This document shows positions 36,080 through 46,082 of a DNA stretch of 64,000 bases, piece by piece. Numbering within the stretch: the stretch's first letter is position 1; the number at the start of each line of letters is the position of its first letter. The notes beneath the pieces were generated by a model that was given only the letters and a program-made list of their open reading frames with translations, did no database searches and was not told the origin of the DNA. The DNA is from Acidobacteriaceae bacterium (lineage in GTDB: Bacteria > Acidobacteriota > Terriglobia > Terriglobales > Acidobacteriaceae): assembly GCA_003139995.1 (NCBI GenBank), contig PLIC01000085.1, forward strand, positions 3,739 to 67,738, in the 5' to 3' direction. A program made the translations under genes and the position numbers.

Positions 36080-39000
36080 ATGCGAAAGTCATTGGCGATG
36101 ATGATAGGGATTCTGCTACTGGCCGGACTGCTCGGCGCGTTGATGCCGGCGTGGGGCCAGGAGGTAACCGCGGCAATTGTCGGTACGGTGACCGATCCCA
36201 CAGGATCGGCCATCCAAGGGGCTGCGGTCACGGCCACGGACGTCGACCGCGGAACGGTGTGGACGGCGCAGACGAATGGGACGGGCGGCTACAGCATCCT
36301 GCGCTTGCCCGTGGGCAATTACACCGTCAAAATCACCAAGGACGGGTTCCAAACCACCGTGCAGCCAGCCTTCACGCTGGTCCTGAATCAAACCGCGCGC
36401 GTTGATGCGCAGATGAAAGTCGGCAAGGTCAGCGAGACGATGGAAGTCACCGCCCTCGCGCCGATCATGCAAACACAAAGCGTTGACGTCAGCACTGTGA
36501 TCGACGCCGCCACGAATGTCAGCATGCCGCTGGCTTCTCGCAATTATCTGCAACTCACGCTGCTCGCTCCGGGTGTAACCAATGTCGACCCGGATGGCAT
36601 GCGGCTGCCGCAAAGCATGCTCAACTCCGGACGTCCCTACATCAACGGCAACCGCGAGCAGGCGAACGAGTATCTGATCGACGGTATTCTCAACAGCGAA
36701 GACAAGAACAACGAGACCGGCTACACGCCGGGCATCGATGCTATTCAGGAATTCAACCTGATCACTCAAAACGCCTCCGCCGAATTCGGCAACTACCAGG
36801 GCGGGATCGTGAGCGTCAGCACCAAGTCGGGCACCAATAGCTTTCATGGCAGCGCCTATGAGTTTTTCCGCAACGATGCGCTGGACGCCAACTTAGCTTC
36901 TTCGGGATGGACCCAAGGCGTTGACAACGGTCTGCTTGGATTCAACGCCCAAGGTGTGGCAATCAAGCCGGAGCTGCGGTACAACCAATTCGGCGCGACC
37001 ATTGGCGGTCCGATCATTAAGAATAAACTGTTCTTCTTCGGCGACTATCAGGGCCAGCGTACGGTCAATGCTGGTACAACCGGAGCCCAAGTTTTAACCC
37101 AAAGTGCGCGCGGCGGAGATTTTGGGCAGCTGTGCACGGATTGGGGCGGATCGTTCAATAGCTCCGGGATATGTACTGGGGGAACGCCCCCAGCTGGCGT
37201 GCCGACCCAGCTTATATACCCAAACGGTCCAAACGTTGGCAATCCGATTCCAAATAACAATCTGGCGACTGCTGGGTACACCATCGACCCGGTGGCCTCG
37301 GCCCTGTTTGGCATGACCAATTACTATCCTGTGCCTGCGCTCGACAACCTCGAGGGGAACAACATTTTTTATAAGAGCGGATACGATCTGAACAACAACC
37401 AGTACGACGTGAAGATCGACTTCAACGCCTCTCAGAAAGACCATGTCTTCGGACGCTGGTCGCACATGGATCTCAAAGAGCCAACCTTCACGGGCTGCGT
37501 GTTCTGCAACAGCGGCGCCGCGGAGGGCAGCGACGAGCCCGTCCGGAATGCAGTTGTTAACTGGACCCATACGATCGGCCCGAATTTGCTGAACGAAGCT
37601 CGCTTCGGCTTCAATGCTGTCGGATTCACTCAGAGCATAACGCCAACCTCCTCGCTGGGCGATATCAGTCAGACACTCGGCATTACCGGCGGCAACGCTC
37701 AGGCATCGGGCTTGGTTGAACTCGATATCACGGGCAATAATGGAGGAGCAGCCAGTCTCGGACTTCGCAATCTGGTTCAAATATTCCACTCCACCCAAGG
37801 CCAGTTGGAAGACAACGTGATCTTTACTCATGGCCGCCACCAGATCAAGAGCGGTTTTGAGTACGTGCGCGAGCGCCAGGATTACATCTATCCGGGAAAT
37901 AATGGCGCGCTTGGCTATTTGGGTTTCACTACTGCAACGAACTCCGGCCTGGCCGACTTCTGGTTGGGCAGCGTTTCGGGGGGAGTCGCTTCGGAAAGGG
38001 ACACCGGCAGCCAGCTCAGTTCGCCCGCCAAGCTTAGGGGCAATGTTTTCGCCGCCTATGTGCAGGACGACTGGCGTGTGACTCCGACGCTCACCGTGAA
38101 CCTCGGCGTACGCTTCGAGGACCACACTCCGCTCTACGAAACGACCAACCGGGAGGTCAACTTCGGGCTGTACACGGGGACGATTTACACCGCGACCGGA
38201 GTGGACGGAACCGCGAAGTTTAGCAACCAAGCCCTCTACAATAATTACTTGGGAAGAGGCGATTTCATGCCGCGGATCGGGATTTCCTGGTCGCCAGCAG
38301 CCATGGGCGGCAAGACGGTAATTCGCGCGGGCTTCGGCATTTCCTCCTTCATGGAAGGCGGCGGCGGCAACGAAGAACTCACCCAGAACCTGCCGTTCGG
38401 TTTCCTCCAGCAAGAGGCTGCGGGCGGCATTGGAACGATGGCGCTTGGTTTCGGGGCTACTACGGCTGTCGCGTGCGGCGGCGTCATCGATCAAGCCTGC
38501 TATGCCGGCAACCGCATCCGGGTGTTCGATCAGAATTTCCGGCCAGCGACGATCAATCAATGGAACCTCACGTTACAGCAGCAATTGAACAACTCACTGA
38601 CCTTCCAGATTGGCTATGTCGGCCAGCGGGGCGCGCATTTACTCAACTTTGAGGACATTGCGCAATCCATCCCGTTGAACGCGGCCGGGAAGGTTGCGGG
38701 ACGCGGGGACCTCATCACCACCCTGGAACCTGGACCGTTCCTGGGAGGCAATACGCCCGGATCGCTCTATCTGGCGGATAACCCCCAATTCAACGCTGCG
38801 GGTTGTGGGACCGGCGCCAACCCCCCATGTGGCAAGGCAACCCTCGCCGGAACCAACATGTCGAACTCCGACCAGTCATACAACGCGCTCCAGGCTGTAC
38901 TGCAGAAGCGCATGAGCAACGGGCTGGAAGCTCAGGTTTCCTATACCTGGTCGAAGTGCATGAGTAACTCTCCCGGTTACTTTGGCACCGGCTGGGGCAG

Positions 39001-39739
39001 CACCGGCGCGACCAGTTCGGGCGGGCAGCCTGGCTGGGAGAACATCTATAACCCGCGTCTGGATTGGGGACCGTGCTATTACGATCAGACCCATATCCTG
39101 ACCAGTTATGTCACTTATCAACTGCCATTTGGCCGCGGTAAGCAGTTTGGCCACGACATGAACCCGGCACTCAGTGCTGTGCTCGGGAACTGGGAGATCG
39201 GCGGAATTGTCACCCTGCATACCGGAAACGCTCTGACTCTGAATAACTTTGGAGGATGGGCCGTGGGTGGTAACTCCGACAATACCAACGGCGTCGATCC
39301 CCAGACGCTGGCCGGACTGCCTGACTGCAGCGGTACAGTCCATATTCTCAACCAAACAGTGTACGCGGCGAATGGGGCGGCTGGGTATATTCAGTACATC
39401 GACCCCTCGCAGACCAACGTCAGTGTTCCGGTGCCGAACACGTTTGGGACCTGCGGCGTCGGCAACGTTCGCGGCCCGGGCTATGCCAATGTGGATTTGA
39501 GTCTGCACAAGGGCATCCCCTTCACAGAGAACAAGAGGCTGGAATTCCGCTTTGAGGCCCTGAATGCCTTCAACCATCCGGTGTGGACATTCAGCGGTGG
39601 GCCTGATGACGGCTCGTTTGATCCGGGTTCATGGTCGACTGGTCCTAACGGACCCGTCAGTACCAATACGAACTTCGGTAAAATCACCGGGTCACAGGGA
39701 GCACGAATACTTCAGCTTGCTTTGAAGTTCTACTTCTAA
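36080..39739 (+). CDS. TonB-dependent receptor with N-terminal carboxypeptidase-regulatory-like domain
   Basis: Signal peptide, then VTAAIVGTVTDPTGSAIQGAAVTATDVDRGT...YSILRLPVGNYTVKITKDGF (CarboxypepD_reg). Then a plug domain, a long beta-barrel and a terminal ..LALKFYF. ATG 36080 is preceded by GGAGGG. Confidence 0.85.
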   Translation: MRKSLAMMIGILLLAGLLGALMPAWGQEVTAAIVGTVTDPTGSAIQGAAVTATDVDRGTVWTAQTNGTGGYSILRLPVGNYTVKITKDGFQTTVQPAFTLVLNQTARVDAQMKVGKVSETMEVTALAPIMQTQSVDVSTVIDAATNVSMPLASRNYLQLTLLAPGVTNVDPDGMRLPQSMLNSGRPYINGNREQANEYLIDGILNSEDKNNETGYTPGIDAIQEFNLITQNASAEFGNYQGGIVSVSTKSGTNSFHGSAYEFFRNDALDANLASSGWTQGVDNGLLGFNAQGVAIKPELRYNQFGATIGGPIIKNKLFFFGDYQGQRTVNAGTTGAQVLTQSARGGDFGQLCTDWGGSFNSSGICTGGTPPAGVPTQLIYPNGPNVGNPIPNNNLATAGYTIDPVASALFGMTNYYPVPALDNLEGNNIFYKSGYDLNNNQYDVKIDFNASQKDHVFGRWSHMDLKEPTFTGCVFCNSGAAEGSDEPVRNAVVNWTHTIGPNLLNEARFGFNAVGFTQSITPTSSLGDISQTLGITGGNAQASGLVELDITGNNGGAASLGLRNLVQIFHSTQGQLEDNVIFTHGRHQIKSGFEYVRERQDYIYPGNNGALGYLGFTTATNSGLADFWLGSVSGGVASERDTGSQLSSPAKLRGNVFAAYVQDDWRVTPTLTVNLGVRFEDHTPLYETTNREVNFGLYTGTIYTATGVDGTAKFSNQALYNNYLGRGDFMPRIGISWSPAAMGGKTVIRAGFGISSFMEGGGGNEELTQNLPFGFLQQEAAGGIGTMALGFGATTAVACGGVIDQACYAGNRIRVFDQNFRPATINQWNLTLQQQLNNSLTFQIGYVGQRGAHLLNFEDIAQSIPLNAAGKVAGRGDLITTLEPGPFLGGNTPGSLYLADNPQFNAAGCGTGANPPCGKATLAGTNMSNSDQSYNALQAVLQKRMSNGLEAQVSYTWSKCMSNSPGYFGTGWGSTGATSSGGQPGWENIYNPRLDWGPCYYDQTHILTSYVTYQLPFGRGKQFGHDMNPALSAVLGNWEIGGIVTLHTGNALTLNNFGGWAVGGNSDNTNGVDPQTLAGLPDCSGTVHILNQTVYAANGAAGYIQYIDPSQTNVSVPVPNTFGTCGVGNVRGPGYANVDLSLHKGIPFTENKRLEFRFEALNAFNHPVWTFSGGPDDGSFDPGSWSTGPNGPVSTNTNFGKITGSQGARILQLALKFYF

Positions 39740-39777
39740 CCCAAACTGCCTTCGCGGTAGGATGGCAGCTAAGCCAA

Positions 39778-39811
39778 GGCAGGCGCTCTCCCGGCGCCTG
39801 CCGTTTCTTTT
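39778..39811 (+). terminator. Rho-independent terminator after the receptor gene
   Basis: GGCAGGCGC-TCTCCCG-GCGCCTGCC followed by GTTTCTTTT. Confidence 0.75.
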
Positions 39812-39876
39812 GTGAAGCGTGTGGCGGCAAACACTGCGAAATTCGGACAGCCGTGATTTCGGAATATAATAAGTCC

Positions 39877-40890
39877 ATGCGTGAGTCCTTCCGGCGAGCC
39901 GGGTTTTCTTTTGTACTCCTCCCTTGCCTGTCCTTGTTGGCGACGTTTTCCGTGGGTCAGGCTGCAAAGAAGAGTGCGACGCCCGGCGCGAGCGGAGAAG
40001 CGGAACGGGCCACGAATTTGGCGGAGAGTGGACATTGCGCGGAGGCGCTCCCGCTGCTCAGGCGCGCCATTCGGCAGACGGCGGATCGCGAACTCAAAAA
40101 GAGGGTCGGTCTGGACGGTCTGCACTGCGCGATGACGCACAGCAGTCCCTATGACTCGCTCGATTTTCTGGTTGTGCTCAGCCGGGAGTTTCCGCGCGAT
40201 CCCGAGGTGCTGTATGCGGCCACGCATGCGTACTCCGATCTTTCGATGCGAGCTTCGCAGGACTTGGCCCACGAGGCTCCCTTCTCGTTCCAGGTTCACG
40301 CGCTGAATGCGGAGGCACTGGAAATCCAGGGCAGATGGGATGAGGCGGCGGCGGAATACCGCAAGATTCTGGATATCAACCCGATGCTTCCTGGCATCCA
40401 CGCGCGACTGGGTCGCGCACTGCTATCGAAACCGCAGCCTTCGCCCGCGGAGGTAGAGCAAGCGAAGAAGAGTTTTGAGGAAGAGCTTGAGATCGACCCC
40501 CGGAATGCCGTGGCGGAATTTGTCCTAGGGCAGGTGGCCGCAGACGCGAAAGATTCGGCGGCGGCGATCCGGCATTTTACACGCGCAACAAAGTTAGACA
40601 CCGGCTTCATGGAGGCATACCTCGGACTCGGGACAGCGTTGAACTCGGCAAAGCAGTTCACCGAGGCCATTCCGCCGCTTGAGACCTACGAAAAAATGGC
40701 GCCCGACAGTCCGACAGGGCATTATCAACTTGCGGTCGCCTACGCTGGAGCAGGACGCCGGGAGGATTCCAACCGCGAGGCCGCGCTACAGCGGCAAACG
40801 TCGGAGGCACTGGAAGAGGTCAAGCGGAAGGCGGCCATCGCTCAGGAGAAGCAAACTTCTACCGATACGCAGCCACCGGAGCCGAAGTAG
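39877..40890 (+). CDS. Tetratricopeptide-repeat protein (secreted)
   Basis: Signal peptide plus TPR-like helices (AEYRKILDINPMLPGIHARLGRAL, AIRHFTRATKLDTGFMEAYLGLGTAL, PLETYEKMAPDSPTGHYQLAVAYA). Confidence 0.7.
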   Translation: MRESFRRAGFSFVLLPCLSLLATFSVGQAAKKSATPGASGEAERATNLAESGHCAEALPLLRRAIRQTADRELKKRVGLDGLHCAMTHSSPYDSLDFLVVLSREFPRDPEVLYAATHAYSDLSMRASQDLAHEAPFSFQVHALNAEALEIQGRWDEAAAEYRKILDINPMLPGIHARLGRALLSKPQPSPAEVEQAKKSFEEELEIDPRNAVAEFVLGQVAADAKDSAAAIRHFTRATKLDTGFMEAYLGLGTALNSAKQFTEAIPPLETYEKMAPDSPTGHYQLAVAYAGAGRREDSNREAALQRQTSEALEEVKRKAAIAQEKQTSTDTQPPEPK

Positions 40891-40892
40891 CG

Positions 40893-42611
40893 ATGCGCTT
40901 CGCCCCCGGGCTCGTTGGAAGGAGAGAGTTCCTGAGAGTTCTGGCGGGAACGCTCGCCTTCCCTGCTTTGGCGAGGATTGCAGCCGCCTCGGACTCTCCT
41001 TCTTATCCGTTTTCCGAAGTCCCATCCTCCGCCAGCGGCATCACCTGGAAACACACCGCAGGCCTCTCCCCTGAAAAATACTTACCCCAGTCGACCGGCG
41101 CCGGTTGCGCGTTCTTGGATTACGACAGCGACGGATGGATGGACATCTATCTTGTCAACAGCGGGAAATGCGACATTTTCACGCCAACGCAGCCTCTGCG
41201 CAATGCGCTCTACCGGAACAACCGCGACGGCACGTTTACCGACGTCACGGAGAGGGCGGGCGTTGCCGGCGGTGGCTACGGCATGGGTGTCGCGGTTGGC
41301 GACTACAACGCCGACGGCTTCCCCGATTTGTACGTAACTCAATACGGGCGGAGCATTCTGTATCGCAACAACGGCGACGGCACGTTCACGGATGTCACCG
41401 AGCACGCGGGCGTAGCGGCTCCAGGATGGGCATCGAGCGCGGTGTGGTTCGACTACGACAACGACGGACGGCTGGATCTTTTTGTCTGCCACTTCGTGGA
41501 CTTCGACAAATCAAAGCATCACAATTGCGGCGCGCCGAACATCCCCGCGATCAAGGGGCTGAATGAGTATTGTTATCCGCGGATCTATTCGCCGATGGCG
41601 AGCTGGCTGTTCCACAACAATGGGGACGGCACATTCACGGATGTCAGCCAGAAAATGGGAATTGCCGATAATCCGGGCAAGTCCTGGGGCGTAGTGGCGA
41701 CCGATGTCAACAATGACGGGTGGATGGACTTGTTTGTGTCCAACGACACGGTGGCCAACTTCCTATTCATGAACCGCGCTGGGCGACGTTTTGAAGAAAT
41801 CGGTTTCACGTCGGGAGTGGCCTTCGGTGAAGGTGGAATGGCGCGCTCGGGCATGGGCGTCGATTCCGCGGATCTTGACCAGGATGGGTGGATGGACCTG
41901 TTTGTGACCGACCTGAACCACGAGCTCGACGGCCTCTATCAGAACCGGCACGACGAAACATTTGACGACATCGCTGCTCCTTCCGGCATTGCGACCGCCA
42001 CCAGGCTCATGAGCGGCTGGGGACTAAAATTCCTGGACTACGATAACGACGGCAACCTCGATCTGATGATCGCCAATGGTCATCCCGACGACCTGATCGA
42101 AAAAATCTATGACAATGTGAGCTACCGCGAGCGGATCTTGCTGTTTCATAACAGTGGGAACGGCCTGAAAAACGTAACTGAGGAAAGTGGCCCCGCCTTT
42201 TCCCATCCTATTGCGGCTCGCGGTTTGGCCCTGGGCGACTTCGACAACGACGGAGGAGTCGACGTGCTCATTTCTTGCAATGACGAGGCGCCGGTTCTCT
42301 TGCACAACAACATTGGCAGCCAAAGCCACTGGCTGGGAATCAATCTCATCGGCAAGAAGGCGAATATCGACGCCGTTGGCGCCCGTGTTACCTATCAGGC
42401 GGGCGATCTGAAGCGCTACCGGATGAAAGTGGGTGGTGGGAGCTACTTATCGTCGCACGACCCCCGATTGGTCCTCGGACTTGGCCAAAGAACGAAGATC
42501 GATCTACTCGAAGTGAAATGGCCGCAACCCAGCAACTTGGTCGAACGCTTCACCGATCCTCCCGTCGATCGTTACATTACCATTGTGGAGGGTCAAGGTA
42601 AGTGGAAGTGA
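40893..42611 (+). CDS. CRTAC1-family protein (FG-GAP/VCBS repeats + ASPIC/UnbV C-terminal domain)
   Basis: Tat-like RREFLRVLAG. Repeated DYD.DGW.DL(Y/F)V.N motifs. The C-terminal GARVTY.AGD..RYRMKVGGGSYLSSHDPRLVLGLG is typical of UnbV_ASPIC. Confidence 0.8.
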   Translation: MRFAPGLVGRREFLRVLAGTLAFPALARIAAASDSPSYPFSEVPSSASGITWKHTAGLSPEKYLPQSTGAGCAFLDYDSDGWMDIYLVNSGKCDIFTPTQPLRNALYRNNRDGTFTDVTERAGVAGGGYGMGVAVGDYNADGFPDLYVTQYGRSILYRNNGDGTFTDVTEHAGVAAPGWASSAVWFDYDNDGRLDLFVCHFVDFDKSKHHNCGAPNIPAIKGLNEYCYPRIYSPMASWLFHNNGDGTFTDVSQKMGIADNPGKSWGVVATDVNNDGWMDLFVSNDTVANFLFMNRAGRRFEEIGFTSGVAFGEGGMARSGMGVDSADLDQDGWMDLFVTDLNHELDGLYQNRHDETFDDIAAPSGIATATRLMSGWGLKFLDYDNDGNLDLMIANGHPDDLIEKIYDNVSYRERILLFHNSGNGLKNVTEESGPAFSHPIAARGLALGDFDNDGGVDVLISCNDEAPVLLHNNIGSQSHWLGINLIGKKANIDAVGARVTYQAGDLKRYRMKVGGGSYLSSHDPRLVLGLGQRTKIDLLEVKWPQPSNLVERFTDPPVDRYITIVEGQGKWK

Positions 42612-42695
42612 CGGCGGAAGATCCTTGCCGGAGAATACCGGTCTCCGCAGAGCGGGAATGACGCCACCACGCAGGGGAGAACCTGGCGATTTGCT

Positions 42696-43343
42696 TCAGT
42701 TGATGCGGTTATGGCAGCCGCGGCTTTCGCGGGATTGTTGAGCGGCTTCGAGTATCAGAAGCGCCGTGAGGATGCCGTTGCGCAGGCCGATGATGGAATC
42801 GCCGACCTCGCACTTTTCGTAGAAACGCGCGATCTCGAGGTCGAGTTCGCGCAAGATCCGCATGGCCCGGTTCAGGCATCTCTTGCTTCGGATCAGGCCG
42901 ACATAATTCCACATCGTGTGCTGGATCGTCAGCCAATCTTGAGTGATGAGGACGGGGTCCGCCGGTTCATGTTCGTAGCGCCAATCCGCCACTTTGGGAA
43001 AGTAGAAATCGTCGCCTCGCGTGATGCCTTCGGCGGCATGCTCCCCGGCCCGCGTTCCCCAAACCAGGCATTCGAGCAGGGAAGTGCTGGCCAAGCGGTT
43101 GGCGCCGTGCAATCCGGTGCAGGCGACCTCGCCCGCCGCCAACCGAGAGGATGTCGGCAACAAGTTGTTCTGGGATTCCGATTGCGCGCGATAGATGATT
43201 CCGCCCTGCGCCCGATCAGTATTGCTTTCCTCAGGTTTTTCGGCGCGCGTCAGCAGAATGACTTGGCAGCCCCGTTTGGCGGCGTTCCAGGCGGCCGCCA
43301 GGCCAGCCAGGCCGAGGATATCGGTCTGTCAGGTGTCTTGCAT
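42696..43343 (-). pseudogene. nadB: L-aspartate oxidase remnant (in-frame TGA at codon 5 and ~300-codon internal deletion)
   Basis: Reads ATG CAA GAC ACC TGA, then in frame TDILGLAGLAAAWNAAKRGCQVILLTRAEKPEESNTDRAQGGIIY (FAD-binding N-terminus). This is joined directly to ..LAAGEVACTGLHGANRLASTSLLECLVWG... (the C-terminal ~150 aa). Confidence 0.75.
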
Positions 43344-43491
43344 CACGCGGGTTCAATCTCGAAGCTCAAGTCCACTGCCGGGGCGGAGTGGGTCAGCGCG
43401 CCGACCGAAATCCAGTCCACGCCGGTCTCCGCGAACTGCCTTATGTCGGCGAGCGTAATTCCGCCGGAGGCCTCGATGCGAATCTTTTTCG
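43343..43491 (-). pseudogene. nadC: Nicotinate-nucleotide pyrophosphorylase remnant (last ~45 codons only)
   Basis: [44 protein letters not shown] is the NadC C-terminus. Only 149 nt separate the nadA stop from the nadC stop. Confidence 0.7.
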
Positions 43492-44386
43492 TTAGATCGC
43501 GCGCCGGATCGCGCGCCAGAGCGTGCGCTTGTTCGCGTTGAGCGTCATGTGCGGGCATTCGCTGCACGAGCAGCCACCCTCGCCGGGAGCCGAAATGAAC
43601 TTTTTCTCGGGGGCAAGCCTTCTCCATCTGGTGGAGGATGCCGCTTTCGGTGGCGACAATGAACTCGGCCGCCGGGCTCTGTTCGGCGTATTTGAGAATT
43701 CCAGTTGTCGAGCCGACGTAATCCGCATGGCGCAGCACCGCTTCCGGGCACTCGGGATGCGCCAGTACCTTGGCTTGGCGATGGCGCTCCTTCAGTTGCA
43801 CCAGGCTGCGCTCGGAAAACATTTTGTGAACAATGCAGCTCCCCGGCCAAAGCCGCAGTTCCCGTCGCGTCTTCTTTATGAGGTAGCGGCCCAGATGCTG
43901 GTCGGGCGCGAACAAGATAGGCTGCGCCGGCGGAATCTGCCGGATGATCTTCTCCGCGTTGCTGGACGTGCAAATGATATCGCTGAGCGCTTTAACCTCG
44001 GCGCTGCAATTGATGTATGTGATCGCCACATGATCGAGGTAGCGCTTGCGAAACGCCTGGAACAAGTTCGCCGGACAGCCGTCGGCCAACGAACAACCTG
44101 CCTTCAGGTCGGGGAGCAGCACGGGCTTGGTGGGGTTGAGGATCTTAGCTGTCCCGGCCATGAAGAGCACGCCACAGAAAACGATCACATCCGCCGAGGT
44201 AGCCGCGGCTTTTTGCGAAAGTTGCAGGCTGTCCCCAACAAAATCGGCCAGGTCCTGAATTTCCGATTCCTGATAGTAGTGCGCCAGGATGACGGCATTC
44301 ATCTGGCGCTTGAGCCGCACGATTTCCTGCTCGAGATTGAGGCGCGCCAGGGGCTCGTGGTCCCCGGTCACTGTCGGAGCTATCAT
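43492..44386 (-). pseudogene. nadA: Quinolinate synthase with a +1 frameshift in a C5 run (G5 on the plus strand at 43609-43613)
   Basis: The upstream frame gives ..[10 protein letters not shown]...FMAGTAKIL...[12 protein letters not shown]...[15 protein letters not shown]. The conserved tail [23 protein letters not shown] is in the neighbouring frame (ORF 43492..43728). Removing one C restores [14 protein letters not shown]. Confidence 0.7.
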
Positions 44387-44545
44387 CGGACCTATCTAGT
44401 CTCATTATGGAGTAAGGCAATTTGCGATGCAAAAGCGCTCACCTTAAGGCTACGCCCGTTTCACCGCCATCGTAGGCTGACATCTGCATGAAGAACGGTC
44501 TGGCGAATCCGAAACCACCGCTCTGCAATCGGCAGGGTCTCCTCT

Positions 44546-46009
44546 GTGCTCCTCTGGGACCCCTGTTTCGAACTTTTCCCTCTTACCGCAACGCCCTCTG
44601 AAACACATCGCGAAGCCGGGCCAGCCCCGGACGGAACATTTCTGGCGCCACCAGCGTATCTGAACGCAGGTAACGAAATCGTCGTGCAAGAACTGCTTCA
44701 AGAATCGCTCTCTCTCTGGCGGCAGAACGGGGTCTGCCTCGCCCCGTTCGCCCGAACGTTCACGGCTGCCGAGCAAGCCGCCCGCGAAACTTACCTCGAC
44801 CGGTTTCTGCAGACAGTCGAAACGGAGTTGCGTGATCTGCCCAGCACCAGATCTGAACGCCGTTGCGCGCACGATCGCATCACCTCAGCCTTCACGAATT
44901 TTGCAAAAGCCTGTCTGGGCCTTGACGATAGTCATCTCGAACTCCTGCTAAACCACGGATTCTCAGCCATCGCCGCAGAACTCGCCCGGGAAGCCCGCCA
45001 TATCGATCCCGCCGTCAGCGCCGCTGACATTTTTCAAGCCAGTCGAAACGCGTGGACCGCGTGTGCTCTCCAAACTCTCATGGGACAACGCATGCGCCTC
45101 ACGCCCGCGATCTTCGCTTACAGCATGCTCTACCCCTACACCGATAATTATCTCGACGACCCGGCAATATCCCGCGACGCAAAGCTCGAATTCAGCGACC
45201 GGTTTCGCCGGCGTCTCGAGGGGTACGCGGCCGCTCCATTCAACGATCGGGAGGCCACCATCTGGCACCTTATTGGACTCATCGAAGAGCAGTACCGCCG
45301 CACCGACTGGCCCGAGGTCTATGCCAGCCTGTTGACGATCCACCGCGCACAGGAAAACAGCGTTCGCATGCTTCGTTTCGGCTCCTCCCCAGCTAACGTA
45401 GACGTTCTCAAACTCAGTTTCGAGAAGGGCGGCGCTTCCGTTGTGGCGGACGCCTGCTTGGTCGCAGGATCGCTCTCGCCCGATGAAGCTCGGGTCGCCT
45501 TTGGTTGGGGAGTGCTGCTGCAGTTGGTTGACGATCTCCAGGATATTCAGCAGGACCTTCGTGACGGGAACCTTACGGTTTTCACGGAATCTGCCGCATG
45601 CCTGCGTTCGGGTCCGCCTCCCGGCATGCCGCTCGATGATCTCACAACGCGCGCGCTGAATTTCGGCTACGGCGTCATGCGCCAAGTCGACCGCATGCCC
45701 TCAGATCACTCCGCGATCAAAGACGCAGCCCCGAAACACAAATCTCTAAAAGAAATGATTCGGATGAGTTCTTCGCTGCTGCTAATCTGGTCTGCCGGCG
45801 AGTCCGCCAAGCTCTATACCGGCAACTATCTTGCGGACCTTGAAACCCACTCGCCATTCCGCTTCGCCACTCTCGCCCAGAGACGCGGCAAGCTAAGCCG
45901 TTGGACCGGTCCCCTGGCCCGTATGTTCGAGTCGTTCCTCAAGGATAAGGATGAAGAGGACGGCGCCGCATCTCTCCTGCTCGCCAGCTTCTTCATGCCC
46001 CGCTTGTGA
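44546..46009 (+). CDS. Hypothetical protein with head-to-head isoprenoid-synthase-like (squalene/phytoene synthase fold) Asp-rich motifs
   Basis: Two DxxxD motifs sit 129 aa apart: YPYTDNYLDD (nt 45143-45160) and GVLLQLVDDLQDIQQDLRDGN (nt 45530-45565). The second resembles the A.QL.N..RD...D...GR motif of CrtB/SQS. The GTG start is uncertain. Confidence 0.4.
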   Translation: MLLWDPCFELFPLTATPSETHREAGPAPDGTFLAPPAYLNAGNEIVVQELLQESLSLWRQNGVCLAPFARTFTAAEQAARETYLDRFLQTVETELRDLPSTRSERRCAHDRITSAFTNFAKACLGLDDSHLELLLNHGFSAIAAELAREARHIDPAVSAADIFQASRNAWTACALQTLMGQRMRLTPAIFAYSMLYPYTDNYLDDPAISRDAKLEFSDRFRRRLEGYAAAPFNDREATIWHLIGLIEEQYRRTDWPEVYASLLTIHRAQENSVRMLRFGSSPANVDVLKLSFEKGGASVVADACLVAGSLSPDEARVAFGWGVLLQLVDDLQDIQQDLRDGNLTVFTESAACLRSGPPPGMPLDDLTTRALNFGYGVMRQVDRMPSDHSAIKDAAPKHKSLKEMIRMSSSLLLIWSAGESAKLYTGNYLADLETHSPFRFATLAQRRGKLSRWTGPLARMFESFLKDKDEEDGAASLLLASFFMPRL

Positions 46010-46082
46010 CCGAGCGAAAGGTCCGCAAGAGAACGTCCGCGGGAGAACATACGGACGTTCTCCTAATCTTGACACCTCAAGC

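Noticed and set aside
37094-38560. 488-aa minus-strand ORF inside the TonB-dependent receptor gene.
   Set aside because: It is an antisense artefact. The plus frame has a signal peptide, a CarboxypepD_reg domain and a terminal aromatic residue.
43343-44386. Genuine bifunctional NadA-NadC fusion protein (the 347-aa ORF).
   Set aside because: The NadA C-terminal Cys motif is out of frame, only ~45 NadC residues are present, and the linker between them is off-frame NadA sequence. So the fusion is a by-product of a frameshift plus a deletion.
42711-44491. 276-aa and 322-aa plus-strand ORFs across the nad region.
   Set aside because: They are antisense to recognisable NadB, NadC and NadA peptide segments and have no features of their own.
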